From Gemmatimonadales bacterium (GTDB taxonomy: Bacteria; Gemmatimonadota; Gemmatimonadetes; Gemmatimonadales; GWC2-71-9): a DNA stretch of 64,000 nt. Of the stretch, positions 55,840 through 64,000 are shown piece by piece. The notes under the pieces were generated by a model that saw only the letters and a program-made list of their open reading frames with translations, ran no database searches and had not been told where the DNA came from. The position numbers and the translations under genes were made by a program. The stretch covers positions 3,708-67,707 of the forward strand of contig JBFGDF010000002.1 in assembly GCA_041580775.1 (NCBI GenBank), written 5' to 3'. How positions within the stretch are numbered: position 1 is the first letter of the stretch; every line of letters starts with the position of its first letter.

Positions 55840-58278
55840 ATGTCCGAATCGCCAACCGACCGGCCCGCGTACGATCCGCAGGCCGTCGAAGCCAAGTGGC
55901 GCCAGCGGTGGGAAGCGCGGGGCACCAACCGGGTGGACCTCGAGCGGGCCGCGCGCCCGTTCTACAACCTGATGATGTTCCCGTACCCGTCGGCGGAAGG
56001 CCTGCACGTCGGCAACGTGTTCGCGTTCGTGGGGAGCGACATCTACGGCCGCTATCGGCGTCTGGCGGGCGCCGATGTGTTCGAGCCGATCGGGTTCGAT
56101 GCCTTTGGGATCCACTCCGAGAACTACGCCCTCAAGGTCAACCTGCATCCGGCGGCGCTCATCCCCCGCAACATCGCCCGGTTCCGTGAGCAGCTGCGGC
56201 GCGTCGGGCTGATGGTCAACTGGGACCATGAGCTCTCCACGACGGATCCGGCCTACTACAAGTGGACGCAGTGGATCTTCCTGCAGCTGTTCAAGGCGGG
56301 GCTCGCATACCGCAAGCAGGCACCGGTCAACTGGTGCCCGGAATGCAAGACCGTGCTCGCAAACGAGCAGGTCATCGACGGCTACTGCGAGCGCCACCCC
56401 GACACGGCCGTGACGCAGCGGACGCTGGAGCAGTGGTTCTTCGCGATCACGAAGTACGCGCAGCGGCTGCTCGAGAACCTGGAGACGCTGGACTGGTCGG
56501 ACTCCACACGGACGGCGCAGCGCAACTGGATTGGCCGGTCGGAGGGGGCGGAGCTCGTGTTCACGACGCCCGTCGGCGGGTCCATCCGCGTGTTCACCAC
56601 GCGCCCCGACACCGTGTTCGGGGCCACCTGGGTCGTGCTGGCCCCCGAGCATCCGCTGGTCGACCAGCTGACGGCCGCCGAGTGCCGCGCCGACGTGAAT
56701 GCCTATCGGCGGCGCGTGCAGCAGATGGACATCGTCTCGCGCAAGGTCGGCACCAAGGAAAAGACCGGCGTGTTCATCGGCGCCTACGCGCGCAACCCCG
56801 CCACCGGCGAATCGGTCCCGATCTGGATCGCGGACTACGTGCTGATGGAGTACGGCACCGGGGCCATCATGGCCGTGCCCGGCCACGACGAGCGCGACTA
56901 CGAGTTCGCCCAGGCGTTCCGCCTGCCGATCGTGCAGGTGGTGCAGCCGACCGACGGTCCCGCCTCCCCAGCCCCACTGCCGTATACCGGCTGGGACGGC
57001 CGCCTCATCAACAGCGCCAGGTTCGACGGCATGCCGTGCCGCGAAGCGGTCGGCGCCGTCACGCGGTGGCTGGAAGGCAAGGAGCTCGCGCGCGGCGAGG
57101 TCCAGTACCGGCTGCACGACTGGTGCATCTCGCGCCAGCGTTACTGGGGACCGCCGATTCCGATCATCTATTGCGATGCCTGCGGGGCCGTGCCCGTTCC
57201 CGACCGCGATCTTCCGGTGGTCCTGCCGGCGACCGATGACTACCGGCCAGACGAAAGCGGAATCTCCCCCCTGGCCCGTCTCGAGGACTGGTATCGGGTA
57301 CCCTGTCCGCAGTGCGGCGGCCCGGCCCGGCGCGAGACCGACGTGTCTGACACGTTCCTCGATTCCGCCTGGTACTTCCTGCGGTATCCGTCCACGGCGG
57401 TCGGCGACCGTGCCTTCGATCCCGAGCTCACCCGGACCTGGCTGCCGGTGAACTCGTACATCGGCGGGAACGAGCACGCCGTGCTGCATCTCATGTACGC
57501 GCGGTTCATCACGCTGGCGCTGCACGACCTCGGCCACCTGCCGTTCGAGGAACCGTTCACGCGGTTCCGGGCACACGGGACGATCGTCAAGGACGGCGCG
57601 AAGATGTCCAAGTCGCGCGGCAACGTGGTGGTGCCGGACGAGCACATCGCCCGCTGGGGTGCCGACACGTTCCGGATGTACCTGATGTTCCTCGGTCCCT
57701 ATCAGGAGGGCGGGGATTTCCGGGACGAGGGCATCTCCGGGATTCGACGGTTTCTGGAGCGGGTCTGGGGCCTGGTGCAGGACGCCGACGGCAACAGCGG
57801 CGACGAGGCCGCCAGCCGGAAGCTGCATCAGACCATCCGGAAAGTGGGTGGCGATCTCGAGGAGCTGCGCTACAACACGGCCATCGCCGCGATGATGGAG
57901 TGCGTGAACCTACTGCGCAAAGAAGGGCAGGAGGGACAGGGGGTGCCCCGGGCGCTGATTGAGCCCCTCGTCGTCCTGCTCGCCCCGTTCGCGCCTCACT
58001 TCGCCGAGGAGTGCTGGGAGCGGCTCGGGCATGCCGGGAGCGTGTTCGACGCCCCCTGGCCGGCGTTCGATGCGGCGCTCGCCCGGGACGTGGAGATCGA
58101 GTTGGTCGTGCAGGTCAACGGGAAGGTCCGCGGCCGGGTTCCGGTGCCGGCCGGCATCGCCGAGGCGGATGCGGTCGCCCAGGCCACCGCCGACCCCGCG
58201 GTGCGGAAGTTCATTGATGGCAAGGAGATCCGGAAGGTGATCTTCGTGAAGGACCGGTTGGTGAATCTGGTGGTCTGA
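55840..58278 (+). CDS. leuS: Leucine--tRNA ligase
   Basis: It carries FPYPSAEGLHVGNVF (HIGH-type), the CP1 editing domain and GAKMSKSRGN (KMSKS). I preferred ATG 55840 over GTG 55834. Confidence 0.97.
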   Translation: MSESPTDRPAYDPQAVEAKWRQRWEARGTNRVDLERAARPFYNLMMFPYPSAEGLHVGNVFAFVGSDIYGRYRRLAGADVFEPIGFDAFGIHSENYALKVNLHPAALIPRNIARFREQLRRVGLMVNWDHELSTTDPAYYKWTQWIFLQLFKAGLAYRKQAPVNWCPECKTVLANEQVIDGYCERHPDTAVTQRTLEQWFFAITKYAQRLLENLETLDWSDSTRTAQRNWIGRSEGAELVFTTPVGGSIRVFTTRPDTVFGATWVVLAPEHPLVDQLTAAECRADVNAYRRRVQQMDIVSRKVGTKEKTGVFIGAYARNPATGESVPIWIADYVLMEYGTGAIMAVPGHDERDYEFAQAFRLPIVQVVQPTDGPASPAPLPYTGWDGRLINSARFDGMPCREAVGAVTRWLEGKELARGEVQYRLHDWCISRQRYWGPPIPIIYCDACGAVPVPDRDLPVVLPATDDYRPDESGISPLARLEDWYRVPCPQCGGPARRETDVSDTFLDSAWYFLRYPSTAVGDRAFDPELTRTWLPVNSYIGGNEHAVLHLMYARFITLALHDLGHLPFEEPFTRFRAHGTIVKDGAKMSKSRGNVVVPDEHIARWGADTFRMYLMFLGPYQEGGDFRDEGISGIRRFLERVWGLVQDADGNSGDEAASRKLHQTIRKVGGDLEELRYNTAIAAMMECVNLLRKEGQEGQGVPRALIEPLVVLLAPFAPHFAEECWERLGHAGSVFDAPWPAFDAALARDVEIELVVQVNGKVRGRVPVPAGIAEADAVAQATADPAVRKFIDGKEIRKVIFVKDRLVNLVV

Positions 58279-58348
58279 AGCGCTCCCCGGTGCGCGACGG
58301 CCCTCCGACCCCGTTGCGACCCTTCCCACCCCTCCCGCATCTATCCCA

Positions 58349-58906
58349 ATGACCATGACGCGAGCGACCGTGGGCGTGATCGGTGTCCTCGACGACATCG
58401 CGGTAGCGCAGGCCAAGACGGGCGATCTGACGGCGCTCGAGCGCGTCTACCGGGCGTACGAGGGGATGGTGTACTCGCTGGCGCGGCGGATCTGCCGCAC
58501 GGAGGAGGACGCCGAGGACGTGCTCCAAGAGACGTTCCTCGAGGTGTGCCGCAGCATCCGGCGGTTCCGCGGAGCGGAGCCGGGCAGCCTGACGGCCTGG
58601 GTGAAACGGATTGCGGCCAACAAGGCGCTGATGCGGATTCGGCGGCAGAAGTACCGCGACGCCGACGACCTCCCGGAGGACGGTGCCGTCGCGGGGCAAC
58701 GGGCGCCGGATGTCGGGTTGCAGCTCGATCTCGAAGCGGCGCTGCTACGGTTGTCGGAGACGTCGCGCGCGGTCGTCTGGTTGCACGATGTCGAGGGGTA
58801 CACGCACGAGGATATCGCCGAGATGATGGGCCGGACCGTGAGTTTCTCGAAATCACAGCTCGCGCGGGCGCACCAGCGCCTGCGGGGCTGGCTCGGCGGG
58901 GAGTAG
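58349..58906 (+). CDS. ECF-subfamily RNA polymerase sigma factor
   Basis: 185 aa. Region 2 is shown by MVYSLARRICRTEEDAEDVLQETFLEV. Region 4 is shown by VWLHDVEGYTHEDIAEMMGRTVSFSKSQLARA. Confidence 0.9.
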   Translation: MTMTRATVGVIGVLDDIAVAQAKTGDLTALERVYRAYEGMVYSLARRICRTEEDAEDVLQETFLEVCRSIRRFRGAEPGSLTAWVKRIAANKALMRIRRQKYRDADDLPEDGAVAGQRAPDVGLQLDLEAALLRLSETSRAVVWLHDVEGYTHEDIAEMMGRTVSFSKSQLARAHQRLRGWLGGE

Positions 58907-58911
58907 AGCCG

Positions 58912-59523
58912 ATGCGCAAGCACTGCACGATGATGGAGCTGCTGGCCGTACGGGACGGGGAGGCGGGCGCCTGGGCGCGCGAGCATCTGACCCACTGTCC
59001 GCACTGCCAGCAAGAGCTCGAGCTGGTGCACCAGCGGGCCGCACAACTGCGCGCACTGCCCGCTTGGCGGCCGCCGCGTGACCGCTGGGCGGCAGTACGC
59101 GCCCGGGCGCAGCGCGAGCGGCGGAGCGAGGTGCTGCGGCGGGGCACGTGGGGAGCCCTGGCGCTTGCCGCCGGACTCGCGCTGATGGTCGGGGTGCGCA
59201 GCGCGATGCCCAATGGGGCAGGCAGCCTGCCCGAGCCGGTGGCGCGTGCGGGCGAGGCGCAGCTCGCCAGCCTGATGGACGAGTCGCGCGAGCTGGAGGC
59301 CGCGCTGCGGAGCTACGGACCCGAAGGGCGCGTACTCAACGCGCGGGCAGCCGGGATCATTGCGGATCTCGAAGACCGGATCGCCCTCGTGGACGCTGGG
59401 ATCGCGCAGGTCGGGCGCCGCGGATCGCGCGACGACCTCACCGACCTGTGGCGCAGCCGGGTCTATCTCATGGACGCGCTCGTGAACGCGCATGTCACCC
59501 GGGCTTCGTATGTCGGTTTCTGA
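58912..59523 (+). CDS. Anti-sigma factor (zf-HC2 type), single-pass membrane protein
   Basis: ATG at 58912. The HC2 motif is HLTHCPHCQQEL, and the TM helix is WGALALAAGLALMVGV. Confidence 0.7.
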   Translation: MRKHCTMMELLAVRDGEAGAWAREHLTHCPHCQQELELVHQRAAQLRALPAWRPPRDRWAAVRARAQRERRSEVLRRGTWGALALAAGLALMVGVRSAMPNGAGSLPEPVARAGEAQLASLMDESRELEAALRSYGPEGRVLNARAAGIIADLEDRIALVDAGIAQVGRRGSRDDLTDLWRSRVYLMDALVNAHVTRASYVGF

Positions 59524-59550
59524 GCCCGGACACGAATAAAGGAGACGAGC

Positions 59551-60507
59551 ATGAAACGGCTATTGCTGGGCGCGCTGGCCCTGGTCGTGGCGACCACCGC
59601 CGCGAGCGCGCAGGACATGACGGACCGGGAGCGGCGCGAGCTCGAACAGAAGCTGCAGCAGCTCCGCCAGGAGATGCGCGAGCTGGAGCGGAAGCTCGGC
59701 CGCGACCGACTTCGCGTCTTCGTGCAGCCGGAGCGTTTGGAGGGCCCGATGGCCTTCACGTTCGCCACCGACCGGCCGCGGCTGGGCGTCATCGTCCAGA
59801 CCGAGCGGAACCCGGCGACCGACTCGATCGGCGCCGTGCTCCAGGCCGTGACGCCCGAGACACCGGCTGCCGAGGCGGGTCTCCAGGCGGGCGACATCGT
59901 GATGCGCTTCAAGGGTGAGACGCTCGTCCAGCGGGATGCGCGCGGCAGGTCGCCGGGGGACCGGCTGATCGACCTGGCGCGGGATCTCAAGGAAGGCGAT
60001 ACCGTGCGCGTGCAGTATCGGCGCGGGTCGGAGACTCGGACCGCGACGGTCGTGCCGCGCAAGCTCGACAGCTTCGCGTACGCCTACCGTTTTGAGCAGG
60101 CGGACAGCGCGCTGGAAGGCGTGCGGGCGTTGACCGACCGGCTGCGCCTCGAGGCGCCGCGGATGCGGATGGAGCTGGAGCCGCTGCTCCAGGGATTCCG
60201 CGATCGGTGGGCCGACATGGAACTCACCACCCTGGACGCTGAGCTCGGCAATTACTTCGGGACCACCGAAGGGCTGCTCGTCGTCCGGGCGCCCAAGGAC
60301 TCGCTGCTCGGTCTCAAGAGCGGGGACGTGCTCCTGCGGATTGGCGGTCGCGTGCCGACCAGCCCGTCACACGCGGTGCGCATCCTGCGCTCCTACGAGC
60401 CGAATGACCAGATCCGCCTCGAGGTGATGCGGAACAAGCGCCGCACCGAGCTCACGGCGACCGTCCCGGCGCGCGAGCGCGGGCTGTTCTGGGAGGAGCG
60501 GAGCTAA
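59551..60507 (+). CDS. Secreted protein with an N-terminal coiled coil and two PDZ-like domains (no protease domain)
   Basis: 318 aa with the signal peptide LLGALALVVATTAASAQD. The PDZ-like segments are AAEAGLQAGDIVMRFKGE and GLKSGDVLLRIGGRV. Confidence 0.75.
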   Translation: MKRLLLGALALVVATTAASAQDMTDRERRELEQKLQQLRQEMRELERKLGRDRLRVFVQPERLEGPMAFTFATDRPRLGVIVQTERNPATDSIGAVLQAVTPETPAAEAGLQAGDIVMRFKGETLVQRDARGRSPGDRLIDLARDLKEGDTVRVQYRRGSETRTATVVPRKLDSFAYAYRFEQADSALEGVRALTDRLRLEAPRMRMELEPLLQGFRDRWADMELTTLDAELGNYFGTTEGLLVVRAPKDSLLGLKSGDVLLRIGGRVPTSPSHAVRILRSYEPNDQIRLEVMRNKRRTELTATVPARERGLFWEERS

Positions 60508-60511
60508 CCCA

Positions 60512-60555
60512 GGCGGTTGGGCGGACGGGCGGTTGGGCGGACCGTGATTCACGGT
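60512..60555. repeat. Tandem GGCGGTTGGGCGGAC x2 followed by the palindrome ACCGTGA-T-TCACGGT
   Basis: Read directly. The units lie at 60512-60526 and 60528-60542, and the palindrome at 60541-60555, between convergent genes. The reverse complement of the core (CCGCCCAACCGCC) occurs at 20801-20813. Confidence 0.8.
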
Positions 60556-60584
60556 TCGCCTTCCGTCATTCCGCCCTTCCGTCC

Positions 60585-63311
60585 TTACCGCCCAGTCCCA
60601 AACAGCATCGCGTTGGTCAGTAGCCGCGCGGTTCCGCGCCAGAAGGCGCGGAACAGCGGGTCGTCGGCGAAGGCGACTGCATGGCCGCGCCCGTGGCGTT
60701 CCACGATGGCCCACGCGGTGCCCCGCAGCAGCCGTTCCGTGGTGGGCCACGCGAAGCCGGAGAGGCGGAGCGAGTCCCCGACGAACGCCACGGGGTTGGC
60801 ACCGCCCGTGGACGGTGTGAGGAACGTGCTCCCCGAGATCATCACGGCCAGGTCGCGCCGCTCGTAGCCATACGTGAGCCAGTGGCTGCGGTCCAGCGTC
60901 GCGCGGAAGATCGCGCCGGGCACGGGAGCCACGGCGTTGGTGTCGGCCTGCGGCGAGGGGAGCGGCGGCGTGAGCTCGGGATCCGCTGCCAGTGAATCAC
61001 CTTTGGCCTTCTTGGCCGTGTCGGCGGGCGGCGGGGCCCCCAGGCGGTGGGCGGTGCTCAGTCCCACCCCCTCCGCCGAGAGGAACAGCGCGGCGCCATC
61101 GTACGCGATCAGCACGCCGCCATCGCGGACCCACGCCTTGAGCCGGTCCACGCCCGCCGTTCCCAGCTCCGTCTTGATGGCGGTGGCGGATCCCCCCGGG
61201 ATGATCAGCACGTTGTAGTCCGCGAGCGTGGTCATCCGGCCGATCGTCCCCAGCGCGACGGGCACGAACGGGTGGCGCAGCTCGCGTTCGAGGAAGTACC
61301 ACAGGGCACCGTAGCCCGTCTGGCTCACGCCGTCACCGGTCGCGACGAGCACCCGCGGGCGGAAGACGGGCTGCACCGTGGCCGAGCCGACCCCGACGGG
61401 ACCCGAGTCGGGGAAGGCCGATTGCACCGCGGACACGGGCACGCCGAGCGCGGTGCTGAGGGCGGCGACGCGTTCATGTATGTGCTCCGGGTTCCGGTTG
61501 ACCCGCAGCACGAACGTGCCCCGCGGGTACGACCGGCCACCCGCGCGCAGCGGCTCCGTGGCCGCGTTCAGCACGAACTCCTCGCGCAGCAGCGCCACCG
61601 CGAGCTCAGCGGCCGCCTGGCGGTCGTTGGGGAAGACGTACGCCGACGTGGCACGGCCGCTCACACCGCCCGGGGGCGCGAGCGTGCGGCTTGGCTCCTC
61701 GGTCGGGAGCGTGAGCAACGTACCGTCCACGGCCGTCAGGTCCGAGGTCCACCAGGCGTCGAGGCCCAGGGTGTACGGCAGCGACCAGCCCGTCACGTCG
61801 TAGAACTCGTACCGCTCACCCGGCGCGCCCCCACGCCGTACGTTGCGCGCGTACTTCTCCAGCTGACGCGACTTGAAAGGCTCGGGCACGACGGGGTCCG
61901 GCTCGAGGAGGGCGCGCGCCATGCGGCCACGAGGCTGGTCGAGGTCGACCACCAGTGCGCCGGGAGCGAATGTCCGCCGTCCCGGTGCGCCAGGCAGGAA
62001 CGGCCGCGTCTGGGTGGCGGTGTAGGGTGCCGCCAGGCGCCGTACCTCCACGCCATGGCCCAGTAGGAGCGCCGCCAACCGCGCCGCGTTGGTCGCATCT
62101 CGATCGGGGGCGACCACGATCCGCCTCATGAGCGCGGCCCGTCCCTCGGTGATGGCGGTGCGGAAGAAGTCGTGGAAGTCGAGCAGCCGCGGCGTCCGAT
62201 GGCGGGCCGCCGTCTCGAGCGTCGCGAGGGACGTCACGTAGTGGTGCGCGATCCCCTCGCGGAACGTGATGACCGTGCGGTCGTCGCGCCGCCGTTGCAG
62301 CGCCTTGCCGCCGTCGCTCTCGTAGGTCATGCCGGTGGCGCCGGCGAGCGTGGGGGCGGCGTCGAAGTACCCCAGGTAGAACCCGTCGAACACGTCCCGA
62401 GTGAAATACTGCCAGCCGTAGCGGTCAAACGCCTCGGCGTTCCCCCGGCCGAACACCTCAATCCACCGGAGCGATGCGGCCGGGATGTTGGTATTGACGG
62501 GTTCCGCAAACGGCGGAAAGAAGTACTGCTCGGTCGTGGAGTGGAAATCTACCACGACCTGCGGGTTCCAGCGGCGCAGCGCGCCGAGAATGGCGCGGAC
62601 CGGGGCCTGCGACTGCGCCACGAGGTCGCGGTTCATGTCGAATCGGTAATGGCTGTAGCGTCCCCAGATGCTCCACGGCTCGTTCCATTCATAGCTTGCC
62701 GGGTCGTCGGACCCGTCCGCCCCCGGGAAGACCGAGTTGTACCAGACGGCGAAGCGCTCGTGTCCGTCGGGGTTGGCGGAGGGGTTCAGCAGCACGAGCA
62801 CGCTGTCGCGCACCATGCGGGTCGTGGCGTCCTCCCCAGCGACGAGCTGGTAGGCGACCCACAGGGCGGCCTCGAACCCGGCCGGCTCGTTGCCGTGGAT
62901 GGAGTAGGAGAGGAGGACGGTCGCCGGGGTGCGCGCCGCGATGGTGCGGGCCTCCTCGACCGACGTGACCCGCGGATCCGTGAGGGCCGCCAGGTCCGCG
63001 CGGATGGCGTCGAGCCGCGCGAGATTGGCGGGGGACGACACGAGCACCAGGCGCATCGCGCGGCCCTCTTCAGTGACGCCGATGGGCTCGAGCCGCGCCC
63101 GGCCACCGGAGCCCGCCACCAGCCGGTCGAGCACGGCCTGCTGGGCCGCGTACTGCGTGTGCCGGGCCCCAGGTCCGTAGCCCAGCAGCGAGTCCGGCCG
63201 GGGCACGTCGAGCCGGTACGGACCACGGGCGTAGAAGTCGAACGCCGCCGTCTCCTGCGCGGCGGCGCTGGAGGGCAGGACGAGGGCGAACAGCAACAGA
63301 GCGCGGTGCAT
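60585..63311 (-). CDS. Large secreted M14-family zinc carboxypeptidase-like protein
   Basis: ATG at 63311 (MHRALLLFALVLPSSAAAQE). It carries SYSIHGNEPAG (HxxE zinc motif) and a long C-terminal extension. Confidence 0.85.
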   Translation of the reverse strand: MHRALLLFALVLPSSAAAQETAAFDFYARGPYRLDVPRPDSLLGYGPGARHTQYAAQQAVLDRLVAGSGGRARLEPIGVTEEGRAMRLVLVSSPANLARLDAIRADLAALTDPRVTSVEEARTIAARTPATVLLSYSIHGNEPAGFEAALWVAYQLVAGEDATTRMVRDSVLVLLNPSANPDGHERFAVWYNSVFPGADGSDDPASYEWNEPWSIWGRYSHYRFDMNRDLVAQSQAPVRAILGALRRWNPQVVVDFHSTTEQYFFPPFAEPVNTNIPAASLRWIEVFGRGNAEAFDRYGWQYFTRDVFDGFYLGYFDAAPTLAGATGMTYESDGGKALQRRRDDRTVITFREGIAHHYVTSLATLETAARHRTPRLLDFHDFFRTAITEGRAALMRRIVVAPDRDATNAARLAALLLGHGVEVRRLAAPYTATQTRPFLPGAPGRRTFAPGALVVDLDQPRGRMARALLEPDPVVPEPFKSRQLEKYARNVRRGGAPGERYEFYDVTGWSLPYTLGLDAWWTSDLTAVDGTLLTLPTEEPSRTLAPPGGVSGRATSAYVFPNDRQAAAELAVALLREEFVLNAATEPLRAGGRSYPRGTFVLRVNRNPEHIHERVAALSTALGVPVSAVQSAFPDSGPVGVGSATVQPVFRPRVLVATGDGVSQTGYGALWYFLERELRHPFVPVALGTIGRMTTLADYNVLIIPGGSATAIKTELGTAGVDRLKAWVRDGGVLIAYDGAALFLSAEGVGLSTAHRLGAPPPADTAKKAKGDSLAADPELTPPLPSPQADTNAVAPVPGAIFRATLDRSHWLTYGYERRDLAVMISGSTFLTPSTGGANPVAFVGDSLRLSGFAWPTTERLLRGTAWAIVERHGRGHAVAFADDPLFRAFWRGTARLLTNAMLFGTGR

Positions 63312-63450
63312 GGGTAGCGGGTCCCGGTGGAATGCGTGAGCGAACCTACACCGGGCGGGACGGCCAGCGGAAGCGCATTGCGCGACGGCACGCTGCATCA
63401 CATCCTAGGAGCCGTCGGGCCAACGTGTCCCGTGGTCACAGGAGGTCGTC

Positions 63451-63867
63451 ATGCCGGAGTGGAGCTGGCCGTTGTACGACTACGCGCATCTCGCCGGTCG
63501 GATTCTGTTCGGATCTCTCTTCCTCGGGGCCGGGATGGGCCACCTCCTGAAGCTCGATGCCATGGGGGGAGCGGCGGCGGCCCGCGGTGTGCCGGCTCCA
63601 AGGCTGCTGACCGTGGTCACCGGGCTCATGATTCTCGTGGGCGGGGTCACCATTGTGCTCGGCTGGCATCGGTTCATCGGGGCAGGGCTGCTCGTGATCT
63701 TCCTGGTTTCCTCGGCGTTCGGCATGCACCCGTTCTGGAAGGAGCAGGATCCGGCAGCGCGCATGAACGAGATGGCCCATTTCCAGAAGGACCTCGCGCT
63801 CGCCGGGGCCGCGCTGCTCCTCGCCTACTACGCCGGCAGCTGGTGGCCCTTTAGTCTCGGCGGCTGA
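63451..63867 (+). CDS. DoxX-family membrane protein
   Basis: 138 aa with four hydrophobic helices. It carries LAGRILFGSLFLGAGMGHL and AFGMHPFW, typical of DoxX. Confidence 0.8.
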   Translation: MPEWSWPLYDYAHLAGRILFGSLFLGAGMGHLLKLDAMGGAAAARGVPAPRLLTVVTGLMILVGGVTIVLGWHRFIGAGLLVIFLVSSAFGMHPFWKEQDPAARMNEMAHFQKDLALAGAALLLAYYAGSWWPFSLGG

Positions 63868-64000
63868 CGGGGGGAAGGTCGGCCGGGGTCACGGGCTCGC
63901 CGCCGCCGAGGCGGGCCCGCACGGCATCGAGCACGCGCGCATCGCGGGCGCGCCGAGTCGGTGGACGGCGGGTGAGCGACCGCAGGGGCAGAGCGACGCG
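63851..64000 (-). CDS. Possible 3' end of a gene entering from the right edge (weak call)
   Basis: Hand translation of the minus strand gives ...RRARDARVLDAVRARLGGGEPVTPADLPPVSRRD*, with stop TAA at 63851-63853 and high GC3. A second frame also stays open for most of the segment, so the frame is uncertain. Confidence 0.25.
   Translation of the reverse strand, partial: RVALPLRSLTRRPPTRRARDARVLDAVRARLGGGEPVTPADLPPVSRRD

Overview
This is a high-GC bacterial chromosomal segment, roughly 70% G+C by eye, with about 48 supportable protein genes. I would guess Gemmatimonadota-like, because many secreted amidohydrolases, PD40/Big_2 proteins and signal peptides end in A-Q, but that guess is inference only. 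I found no rRNA, tRNA, CRISPR array, transposase or integrase. Anchor genes are gyrA, leuS and serA, plus a class-V aminotransferase next to serA. The rest is envelope, transport and signalling. It includes a long RND efflux operon (MFP-TolC-RND-beta-propeller-RND-small membrane protein), a TPR/GH-like protein coupled to a TPR-porin, and a REC-GAF-GGDEF regulator overlapping a zinc-ribbon Ser/Thr kinase. It also includes an FHA-TM-trypsin protease, an MCP, an ECF sigma/anti-sigma/PDZ trio, an NSS transporter with a TetR regulator, and several secreted amidohydrolases and peptidases. Most of the very long ORFs in the track are antisense or alternate-frame shadow ORFs typical of high-GC DNA, and I rejected them. 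The observations most worth follow-up are these. (1) An array of nine in-phase GTGA heptads, with a downstream inverted copy, lies in the leader of the aminotransferase-serA operon, and a three-heptad mini-array lies in a second intergenic region. (2) A beta-propeller lipoprotein is translationally coupled between two RND permease genes, and two paralogs sit just upstream. (3) A TPR-porin/GH-like pair resembling exopolysaccharide export modules has no synthase nearby. (4) The gyrA leader carries mutually exclusive hairpins, one of them terminator-like. All functional calls come from reading the translated ORFs and recognising motifs. No database search was run.
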